A DNA stretch of 64,000 nucleotides from a virus (Duplodnaviria > Caudoviricetes), in IMG/VR virus record IMGVR_UViG_641201006_000001, positions 32,001 through 96,000 of that record; one strand, given 5' to 3'. The notes under the pieces were generated by a model, which worked only from the letters and a program-made list of their open reading frames with translations, did not search any database and was not told where the DNA came from. Below, in pieces: positions 56,160-64,000 of the stretch. The translations under genes were made by a program, and so were the position numbers. Numbering within the stretch: position 1 is the stretch's first letter; each line of letters begins with the position of its first letter.

Positions 56160-59100
56160 TGTTCTTACCACCAAAAGCCCACACTAGAGAAATTGTAGAC
56201 GGTCAGTTCAAAGTTAGGCTAGGTAGCCGTGTCCCTAAGGATGCGGTTAACCTAGCTTATACTCATATACCGCCTGTTAAAGCGGATAACAACGTACTGA
56301 TTACGGACTTGTCGAATGCGATATTAGAAAACAATCGCAACACAACAGCCGTGGATGTCGTTACTTATCCCGACAGTTCTTTAGTGTTACAACTGGAAGA
56401 TGGACAAACGGAATTACCGACAGAAGATATTTACATTACAAACTTCTTCGAGAAAGGTGTTCCGTTATATTATGCGTACAAACTCGCATACAAACACTAC
56501 GATCAAAAAGGCCCTGATGAGTTTGGTGTATACCGACGAGATGGTATCTCCATCATTGACCAGCTAGGTAATCCAGTAACAGAACCGTATCAGATTCATT
56601 TAGTTGCAGACCCAAACAATGCCAATGTATATGATGTAATTATCTATACGTCATTTAAGGATGAGATAGGAAAGACTTATACCGTTATTTATAATGCTAT
56701 CTCATTTGAAAATAGCGGGCGGATGATAACGAAGGCAGGTCATCAAGAACCACTGAATGTACTGCGCTCCTTTAAACGAGTAAGTAACATCGGTGAGATT
56801 CTAAAGATGGTAAAAGAGGGCAGGGTTGAACCTGCTTACTATCAAGCAAACGGAAGCGTGCCGGGTACAAGTAAAATCTATGTACCATCACCGCATATCA
56901 AAGATACAAGAGAGTATCAGCGATTCCATTATCAGATTGGACTTGAGATTAAAACGGCGGAAGGTACGAAGGCCTATACAACTCCGTGGTATATTGACCA
57001 GGTAATCAATCCAATGTATCTCAACGGAGAAGAAGCCGAAGAGTATGAGAATGGCTATAAGCAATTAACAAAACTGACTGCCGAGGAAATGATGCATGAC
57101 TTTGTACCGAAGGAAGCATACGCAGACCGTAAGGCTTTGTTCCGATACTTTGTCAGAATTGACAACCCTAAGGTAGAAGAGTTCTTCCGTACCGATGGTT
57201 CATCTCCTATCTATGCTACAACGATGGTGGAAGATGAACGTAACGTACTCAAAGTTCCAGCGAGTGCGAAGAAGATTGATGTACCGGTAACCATCTCTAC
57301 GAATGTAGAATGTGTGGCTCGACCAACGAGAGCAAATCCACTAGACGCAGCTTATGTTACATTCGTCATGGATAACTCGGAGTCGATGATTACGAACGAC
57401 CCGAATAAAGCACTTCGCTTGCAGATCATGGACGGCTTAATTAAAAACTGTACCGACTTCTTTGCCCGCAACGGTATGAACGGTATGTTCTTTAATGATA
57501 AGGTGTGGCAATTCCAAAGCAACTGGAAGAAGGGTGATAAGGAGATTGTAGAAGCCTACTCGAAAACGATGAAGGACTTTGACATCACTAGACCACTCGT
57601 TGCTTTAGATAAGATGATTGCAGACTACAAGACGGTATCCAACAGCAATGGTTCGAATAAGAACTGGAAGATTGCTATCATGATTACCGATGGTCAGTTC
57701 TTTGAAAAGAAGACACTCGAAGATAAATTCATTGAAGCAAAGAAGAACAACATTATCCTAAACGTTATCTGCTTCAATAAGTATGATGAGATGAAGGCTC
57801 TATGTGATAAGTACGGAGGCATTTGCTTAAATGCAAAGTCACCACGTATCTTAATGGACATTCAGTATTTCTTCTTCAATATACTTGGCATCCATTCATC
57901 TACGCTGATTAAATCTATACCAGTTAAGATGAGTCCACTCGATAACGACAAACTGATTATCGAGGTGACAAAGGATACGTTCCAAGTTCCTGACTGGATA
58001 CGAAAGCTAGATGACCGTTACGGCATCGAGTTCCGTACGTCAAAGCCAATTGATACACTGAGCTTCTATATCATTCAAAAGGATACAGGAACGCCGTTAG
58101 GAAGTTATCAAGGTGCAACGTTAATCCCGATGAAGGATGTATTCAAAAATAAGACATACAAGGTGATGATGCATTCGATTGCGTGGGAACATTTCTATGC
58201 GAATAGTTATTCCTTGCAGTTCAATGATACACGCCGTATGTATATCGAGAAGCCCCGTCAACAGCTTGAAACACAAAGCTGGTACTTGCGTATTAAGAAC
58301 GGGCGCTTCGATAAACAGATACAGGATAAGTCACTAGGTAACCCAATTCATACATACGCTATTCCTGAATATTATCGTCAGAACTTTATCAAAGGTTCGA
58401 TGCCATATATGCAGGTACGAAATGAAAAGCCTGAGTTACTGAATACGAATAAGATACGAGTATCCTGCACACCACTTGTCGTTACATTCAACGGGGAATA
58501 TGCAACGAACATTTCCCTGCGGATCAATGGCAAACCAGTTCGAGTGATTAGCTGGGATGCATCTGACGGTATCATGACAATAGATGGTCACGTAACCGAC
58601 AATGACAATATGCTGATTGATTATCAATTCGAAGAGAGCTTCTATGAGTACCGTGGCTTCTACGATATTGAAACAGATAAGTTTTGGTCACTCGACCTAA
58701 ATCCAAGTAGCGGTCATTACATTACAATCCGTGACCCGGCTGATGGAGAAGTAAAAGACTTACCTAGCTTCAAGCTGATTGATAAAACAATCTACATCTA
58801 TGTGAAGCCAGCAGCCAAGATTACGAAGATGATAAACGGAGAGTTCCGATTACTAGAACCCGTTCGACCAAACACAATCTTCCATAGCTTTGAATTAATC
58901 GAAGGTACGGAAGCTATGTTACTCGGCGAAGTCAGAGTGCGACCTAGTTCGAATCAGCGTAGCATTCAGATTGTAGATACAAGGGTTCGAGGCGGAGGAC
59001 TTAAACCGGAAATCACAGAAGAGATCATGGGGATGTTCGAAAAAGAATCACACTTCTATTGGGACATTGGATACTGGGATGGTAAACCATTCCCTGAGAA

Positions 59101-59347
59101 TGCAGTCATCAATATCAAGATTGCGAAGAGTGTCCTAAAAGAGTACGGCGGTCACATGACCCGTGCCGAAGTAGAAGATAAACTTGAGAAGCATTTAGGA
59201 TACGGTGTATTCCCTATCATAGAGTTTATGGATGACCCTGATTCCTTACTACAGATTCCGGATGGTCTTGTGGTTGAAGTAATTGATATAGACGAACAAA
59301 CAACGGATATTGAGAAACCAACATTCCGTTTAGGATTGGAGGGGTAA
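56159..59347 (+). CDS. Virion protein with a von Willebrand factor A domain
   Basis: VTFVMDNSESM (MIDAS DxSxS) and KIAIMITDG; TAATG coupling to the upstream gene. Confidence 0.85.
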   Translation: MFLPPKAHTREIVDGQFKVRLGSRVPKDAVNLAYTHIPPVKADNNVLITDLSNAILENNRNTTAVDVVTYPDSSLVLQLEDGQTELPTEDIYITNFFEKGVPLYYAYKLAYKHYDQKGPDEFGVYRRDGISIIDQLGNPVTEPYQIHLVADPNNANVYDVIIYTSFKDEIGKTYTVIYNAISFENSGRMITKAGHQEPLNVLRSFKRVSNIGEILKMVKEGRVEPAYYQANGSVPGTSKIYVPSPHIKDTREYQRFHYQIGLEIKTAEGTKAYTTPWYIDQVINPMYLNGEEAEEYENGYKQLTKLTAEEMMHDFVPKEAYADRKALFRYFVRIDNPKVEEFFRTDGSSPIYATTMVEDERNVLKVPASAKKIDVPVTISTNVECVARPTRANPLDAAYVTFVMDNSESMITNDPNKALRLQIMDGLIKNCTDFFARNGMNGMFFNDKVWQFQSNWKKGDKEIVEAYSKTMKDFDITRPLVALDKMIADYKTVSNSNGSNKNWKIAIMITDGQFFEKKTLEDKFIEAKKNNIILNVICFNKYDEMKALCDKYGGICLNAKSPRILMDIQYFFFNILGIHSSTLIKSIPVKMSPLDNDKLIIEVTKDTFQVPDWIRKLDDRYGIEFRTSKPIDTLSFYIIQKDTGTPLGSYQGATLIPMKDVFKNKTYKVMMHSIAWEHFYANSYSLQFNDTRRMYIEKPRQQLETQSWYLRIKNGRFDKQIQDKSLGNPIHTYAIPEYYRQNFIKGSMPYMQVRNEKPELLNTNKIRVSCTPLVVTFNGEYATNISLRINGKPVRVISWDASDGIMTIDGHVTDNDNMLIDYQFEESFYEYRGFYDIETDKFWSLDLNPSSGHYITIRDPADGEVKDLPSFKLIDKTIYIYVKPAAKITKMINGEFRLLEPVRPNTIFHSFELIEGTEAMLLGEVRVRPSSNQRSIQIVDTRVRGGGLKPEITEEIMGMFEKESHFYWDIGYWDGKPFPENAVINIKIAKSVLKEYGGHMTRAEVEDKLEKHLGYGVFPIIEFMDDPDSLLQIPDGLVVEVIDIDEQTTDIEKPTFRLGLEG

Positions 59348-59348
59348 C

Positions 59349-60614
59349 ATGGCACGTCGTGTACGATTATTTATAGATACAATTAATGCGGATAACGATG
59401 TGGTATTTGAAGTATACCGTGCAGAAGAAACCGGTGTAAGTGAGAAGTCCACACACGTTATGACAGTAGACGATGTGACAGCAAAGAAGGAGAGATACAA
59501 GGAGGTTACGGAAGTTTTACGCCGTGACCCCGATACTCCTTATGCATTCTTTGCACAACGTCACTTTGAGATACTACCGTTTCCAAGTGTAACCGTCGGT
59601 TCGAAAACCATTCGAATGAGTGATGTCGATGTATTCCCTGACGACAAGATGATTGAGATTCGTAATGAAGATTTCGGTCCCGGTGATGGCAAAACAGTTC
59701 GCATGTCCTATGAGTATTTAGCGATACCAGTATTCGATGATGGACGTATCGAAGTAGGGAAAGAATATATCGGGCCACCTGCTACGGGACTTAGAAAACC
59801 ACTAAGTTTACAAATCATGCAGGATCCGGCAACAAAGAAAATTAAGATTACCGTATCACCGGATGCAGCTACATCACACTACTTCTATAAGATATATGCG
59901 AAAGACAAATACGGAAACAAGTCACCGTGGTCTGATGAACATCATATCGCTTTAACACCGTCCCATGTATACTATCGTATTCAGCGTTCAAAGGACGGCA
60001 AGGATTGGGAAGAAGTAACGGTAACAGACTTGCAGGAATGGCTAGATGATTTACATGCATCTGACAATCCAATGAATGTAAAGAACATGCAAGCACTTCC
60101 GATTGCTTCTAAAATATCGAAGCTGACATTTGATAATCCGTGGTATGAAAATACGGACAAGCGTAACTCCTATCGTTACCGTGTCCGTGCAGAAGATAGC
60201 GACGGCATGGCAACAGACTGGGTATACATCGAACCAATCGAGATTAAGGTTGACCTAAGTAAACTTATCATTCGTCGTAAGCTAGACAATAAAGCACCGT
60301 CCTCATTCGATAAGACAGATGCGATTACCGTGTTTACGATTGAGAAGAAAGATGTAGATGTAACGCAGAAGACCATTACACTAGTCGATGACCAGTTAAC
60401 GGACACTTCTAAATATAGCTACACATTCTTTGCGATAGATGAACTAGGCATGATGGCTGACCCAGTATATGTTGTATCGGATAATAGAACATGGAAGAAC
60501 GTTATCCTGTTTGTGGGCGATACGGAAACAGATACAATCAAGGAAAAAGATTTCCACTTATCATTCGAACTGGCTGACCGCATCATAGAAATTGGGGAAG
60601 GAGATGGCGACTGA
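59349..60614 (+). CDS. FN3-like virion protein, paralog of 60614..61834
   Basis: YKIYAKDKYGNKSPWS, YRIQRSKDGKDW, YRYRVRAED, LIIRRK..D...P..FD..DA.TV. Confidence 0.75.
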   Translation: MARRVRLFIDTINADNDVVFEVYRAEETGVSEKSTHVMTVDDVTAKKERYKEVTEVLRRDPDTPYAFFAQRHFEILPFPSVTVGSKTIRMSDVDVFPDDKMIEIRNEDFGPGDGKTVRMSYEYLAIPVFDDGRIEVGKEYIGPPATGLRKPLSLQIMQDPATKKIKITVSPDAATSHYFYKIYAKDKYGNKSPWSDEHHIALTPSHVYYRIQRSKDGKDWEEVTVTDLQEWLDDLHASDNPMNVKNMQALPIASKISKLTFDNPWYENTDKRNSYRYRVRAEDSDGMATDWVYIEPIEIKVDLSKLIIRRKLDNKAPSSFDKTDAITVFTIEKKDVDVTQKTITLVDDQLTDTSKYSYTFFAIDELGMMADPVYVVSDNRTWKNVILFVGDTETDTIKEKDFHLSFELADRIIEIGEGDGD

Positions 60615-61834
60615 TGGTAAAACGAGTAAGGCTTACATGGAATAGAAACTTAGACCCGGAAACGGATCACTATCGTATATTCCGAAAAGAAACGCCTGAC
60701 ATACTAGAACAGAATCGTATGGAATCTTTAGTCATGCGTGTCGCTCATCCAAAAGCGAAGAACCCCGTTCGCATGACCGGTGAGAGAGTCAAACGATTAT
60801 CTCCACGAACGTACCAGCTTGCGCATAAGAATATCTTACTGGCTTTAGACAAAGAGAAGTTCCCCTTTGAATTGCAAGTCGATGGTAAGATTTCTACACG
60901 CTATACACTGGATACGATTGACGGGAAGATTATGTTCGACGAAGATGTTGCGCCGGAATCAAAAGTCATTGCGACTGAATATACATTCGACGGCGTAGAA
61001 GCATGGGACTATGCTATCGAAGAAAAGAACAAAACGTATTATGGGCCGGACGCAAAAGATACTGCACCACCTAGCCCACCTACGAACCTTGAGCTTGTAA
61101 AAGATTTAGACAACAATAAGCTAACGATTAACTGGTCACCCTCTGTCACAAACGGCAAGACATTTTACTATCGTATAGATGCTGCGGCTAGTTCGAAGCG
61201 TGCTTCTATGCTAAGTGAAATGAAAGCAGCGAAGATTGCAGAAGGATTAACAGACCGACCATATATCGTTGAGCGTTCTGAGGATGGCGTACGCTGGCTG
61301 AAAGTAGCGAAGGTGAAGACAACATCATACAATGAATACATGGTTGATAGACAGGCTCCTGACATGGTTCGTAACTTCAAGAGTTCTGCATATCTACATG
61401 CGAACCAAAGTCTAGCGCAAGTGACACTAAACTGGGAGCGTGTAAGAGATACGGTATTATCTACGACAGCATTATACCGAGTGCGTGCGATGAATAAAAT
61501 GCAAGCTATCTCTGAACCAAGTAATATCATTGGCCCTGTTCCGTTCCAAGTGAAGCTAAAAGAAATTGTTATCCGTCGTAAAGTATTTGATGGTACACTT
61601 CCAACATTCGACGGAGCAGATGCCGTAACCGTTGCGAAGATTGGTGACCTAAGTGTTACGCAGTATGTAGAAGATGTAACCGACAATATCAAATATACAT
61701 ATGGTATTTGGACAGTCGATGCAGGTGAGAACGTATCACCAACAGCCTACACGACAATTGAAATCGGCGATGCAACTCCACCAGCGTTCCCAATGAATCT
61801 GACAGTTGAGCCATTCCAACTAATAGTAGGCTAA
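60614..61834 (+). CDS. FN3-like virion protein, paralog of 59349..60614
   Basis: DTAPPSPPTNL, YIVERSEDGVRW, YRVRAMN, IVIRRKVFDG..PTFDGADAVTV, DATPPAFPMNL. Confidence 0.75.
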   Translation: MVKRVRLTWNRNLDPETDHYRIFRKETPDILEQNRMESLVMRVAHPKAKNPVRMTGERVKRLSPRTYQLAHKNILLALDKEKFPFELQVDGKISTRYTLDTIDGKIMFDEDVAPESKVIATEYTFDGVEAWDYAIEEKNKTYYGPDAKDTAPPSPPTNLELVKDLDNNKLTINWSPSVTNGKTFYYRIDAAASSKRASMLSEMKAAKIAEGLTDRPYIVERSEDGVRWLKVAKVKTTSYNEYMVDRQAPDMVRNFKSSAYLHANQSLAQVTLNWERVRDTVLSTTALYRVRAMNKMQAISEPSNIIGPVPFQVKLKEIVIRRKVFDGTLPTFDGADAVTVAKIGDLSVTQYVEDVTDNIKYTYGIWTVDAGENVSPTAYTTIEIGDATPPAFPMNLTVEPFQLIVG

Positions 61835-61848
61835 TGTATAATACAAAG

Positions 61849-61878
61849 TAGGGGCGATAACCTCGCCCTATTTTTCTT
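61849..61878 (+). terminator. Intrinsic terminator
   Basis: taggggcga-taacc-tcgcccta followed by tttttctt. Confidence 0.75.
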
Positions 61879-61896
61879 ATAAAGAGGTGAAGCTTT

Positions 61897-63672
61897 ATGC
61901 CATCAGATGGACGTTACGTTCGTTTTGACCCAAAGCAAGATGATGCCAATCAAGTTATCTCTGCCGATCACGTTAACCTGTTGCAAGATACATCGGAACG
62001 TACTCAGCAGGGACTTTTTAAAGCACAAGACCGTGACTTCCTTGATAAAGCGTTATTCGTTTTAGAACATCATAGTTCAGTCAACGGTATGTGGCTCGAC
62101 ATGTTTGAGGATACGAACAAGATAGATTTACCTCGTACTAGTAACTTAGTATTCTCTCAAGTGGAGCAGGGCATTATCTTCCCTGACAATAAAGAAGTAT
62201 CAGAAGGCTATCTATACTCGAAGCCTTATGTGAATGAAAACCAAACCAACATGAAGAAGGTTATGGTGATTGCGAATGGATGGGTTCCGAACTTATCCAG
62301 CATTACAATCGAAGTGAGTAACAATAACGTAGATTGGTTCGAAGTTCCTTTATCTGAAAGTGAACTATTTGAGATTCCAACGAACGGTCACAAGCTGTAT
62401 CTCCGTGCAAGATTCTTGCGTGCGAATACGCAAGTGTCACCTCGACTAGATGCGTGGGCTATCTATTACTATGACTACCGCAATGATGTAATCGAGCTAG
62501 AGAATGGTGACGATATTATTATCGTTGACCCAACAGACCCGCCTGAGATTCCTGATGTCATTAAAATCATGCATCATCAGTTAATGGGTATTGGCCCTGA
62601 CGATCATCATCCGCAGGAACATAGTCATGATGGTTCAGATGGTTCCGGTACAATCTCGCATAACGTATTAACCGAAGTCGGCCCCGACGATCACCATCCG
62701 AAATCTCACTATCATGGTGAAGATGGTATCCCGTACGTTCGACTAGAATCAGATGTGGTTGGTACACTGCCGGTAGAGAATATGTCCTACCAAGTATGGA
62801 CAGGGAAGCCGGGCAAGACAGGATTGTACTTTGACCCGAAAATCGGTGACAAGTTAGTCTATGTCAAAACACCTGACGATGAAACGTATATGTTCTACGA
62901 CCTAGTGAATGACCGCTTATCACATACGATTACTATCGTACAAGGCGTAGCGAACTGGGAACAAATGATTTACGGAGAATACAATACGAGTACAGGTGAA
63001 ACAACAATCGTACTGCAAGGTACAAACAAGAAACACTTTGATGCAACGGACTCTGTTATCCGTCAAGAGATACAGAAGATTACAGCGCCGGAAGCACCAA
63101 AAGGTTTACGAGCAACAGACACAGGCACAGGTGGCACGGTAGACTTAACATGGTCACCAAACACAGAACTCGATGTAGTCGGATACAATGTATTCCGTTC
63201 ATACGACAAAGGTATCACTTGGATTCAAATGAACACGACTGGTGTCATTGCTTCTTCATCGTTCACCGTAACGAATGCAAAAGACGGTCAATCCGTTTTA
63301 TATTCTGTTACGGCATTAGATGAGATGGGCTTTGAATCACCACGCTCACAAGCAGTGGAGTGTACATCGACAACAAGAGATACAATTGCACCGAGCCAAG
63401 TTACAGGTGTTGCGATTAAGCCAAACTCAAAAGGTATTCTTGTTCTATCATGGACAGAGAATACAGACATGGACTTAAAGAACTACAAGGTGTACCGTTC
63501 TTATAGCGGAGCAGTTGGTACATTCGAAGTGTTGAACTCACCTGTTAAGGGTACAAGTTCTTACACACCAGCAGATTTAATTCCAAGCAATACATATTTC
63601 TTCTACGTAACAGCCGTAGATACAAGCGGAAACGAAAGCATCCCGTCTAACGTCGTTTCAGCAATCGCATAG
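61897..63672 (+). CDS. Virion protein with the shared scaffold, His-rich repeats and two C-terminal FN3 domains
   Basis: AGAGGTGA RBS, two H..L..(I/V)GPDDHHP..H.H units, and two FN3 units (PEAPKGL...W...YNVFRS...YSVTALD..G.ES and DTIAPS...YVTAVDTSGNES). Confidence 0.8.
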   Translation: MPSDGRYVRFDPKQDDANQVISADHVNLLQDTSERTQQGLFKAQDRDFLDKALFVLEHHSSVNGMWLDMFEDTNKIDLPRTSNLVFSQVEQGIIFPDNKEVSEGYLYSKPYVNENQTNMKKVMVIANGWVPNLSSITIEVSNNNVDWFEVPLSESELFEIPTNGHKLYLRARFLRANTQVSPRLDAWAIYYYDYRNDVIELENGDDIIIVDPTDPPEIPDVIKIMHHQLMGIGPDDHHPQEHSHDGSDGSGTISHNVLTEVGPDDHHPKSHYHGEDGIPYVRLESDVVGTLPVENMSYQVWTGKPGKTGLYFDPKIGDKLVYVKTPDDETYMFYDLVNDRLSHTITIVQGVANWEQMIYGEYNTSTGETTIVLQGTNKKHFDATDSVIRQEIQKITAPEAPKGLRATDTGTGGTVDLTWSPNTELDVVGYNVFRSYDKGITWIQMNTTGVIASSSFTVTNAKDGQSVLYSVTALDEMGFESPRSQAVECTSTTRDTIAPSQVTGVAIKPNSKGILVLSWTENTDMDLKNYKVYRSYSGAVGTFEVLNSPVKGTSSYTPADLIPSNTYFFYVTAVDTSGNESIPSNVVSAIA

Positions 63673-63685
63673 GTGGTGAGAGAGT

Positions 63686-64000
63686 ATGGTGCAAATTAAA
63701 CAGAATGCTGATGGTAGTTTCTCCAAAGGGTATAGTAACTTTGAGACAACGATCATCAAGAGCCTTCAAAAAGAAATTACGCAACGACAAGAAGCTGACC
63801 TTTCCCTTCAAGGAATTACGAATGGTTTGAATGAACGCCTGAAAGAACTTGAAGCAGGAAGCTTTAGTTTAGCTGACCTGCAACAACTTATCACGCAGAA
63901 CAAACTTACCATCGAAGACCATGAAAGACGTATGGTGAAGCTAGAGAACATCTCTCTTATCGAGTCTTATAGTAAGAGCGAGATGAAGAAGTACATGGTT
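63686..64000 (+). CDS. Coiled-coil protein, 3'-truncated by the window edge (not in the ORF track)
   Basis: AGGTGGTGA RBS, then ATG 63686 MVQIKQNADGSFSKG..., open for 105 codons to the end of the window. Confidence 0.75.
   Translation, partial: MVQIKQNADGSFSKGYSNFETTIIKSLQKEITQRQEADLSLQGITNGLNERLKELEAGSFSLADLQQLITQNKLTIEDHERRMVKLENISLIESYSKSEMKKYMV

Noticed and set aside
61168-61692. 174-aa minus-strand ORF
   Set aside because: Fully antisense to a well-supported FN3-like gene, in codon register with it, with no recognisable motif. It is a shadow ORF.

Overview
All 64 kb is one co-directional (+ strand), tightly packed virion-structure region of a large contractile-tailed phage of a Bacillus-type host (GGAGG/AGGTGA ribosome-binding sites, intrinsic terminators, peptidoglycan hydrolase domains). 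Gene order: fibre/appendage protein, neck, two sheath paralogs, three tube-fold paralogs, two chaperone-like paralogs, two giant tape-measure-position proteins (1930 and 2537 aa), a hub with three peptidoglycan hydrolase domains, a split spike, gp25-like and baseplate J-like genes, then a long block of modular appendage proteins (PA14, FN3, vWA, thrombospondin-C-like, invasin-Ig). From memory, the order and sizes match Bacillus thuringiensis jumbo phage 0305phi8-36 or a close relative; this needs BLAST confirmation. The most striking signal is three unrelated nuclease folds, read from motifs, inside the two giant proteins: a PD-(D/E)xK domain, a degenerate SNase domain, and a DEDDh exonuclease split by large inserts. 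This suggests a nuclease payload injected with the DNA. Other signals: a nested scaffold shared by several appendage proteins, a peptidoglycan-binding domain nested in another inside a tube-fold protein, and strong avoidance of GGWCC and CCWGG. No tRNA, rRNA, CRISPR array or mobile element was seen. All domain calls are by eye from motifs, not from database searches.
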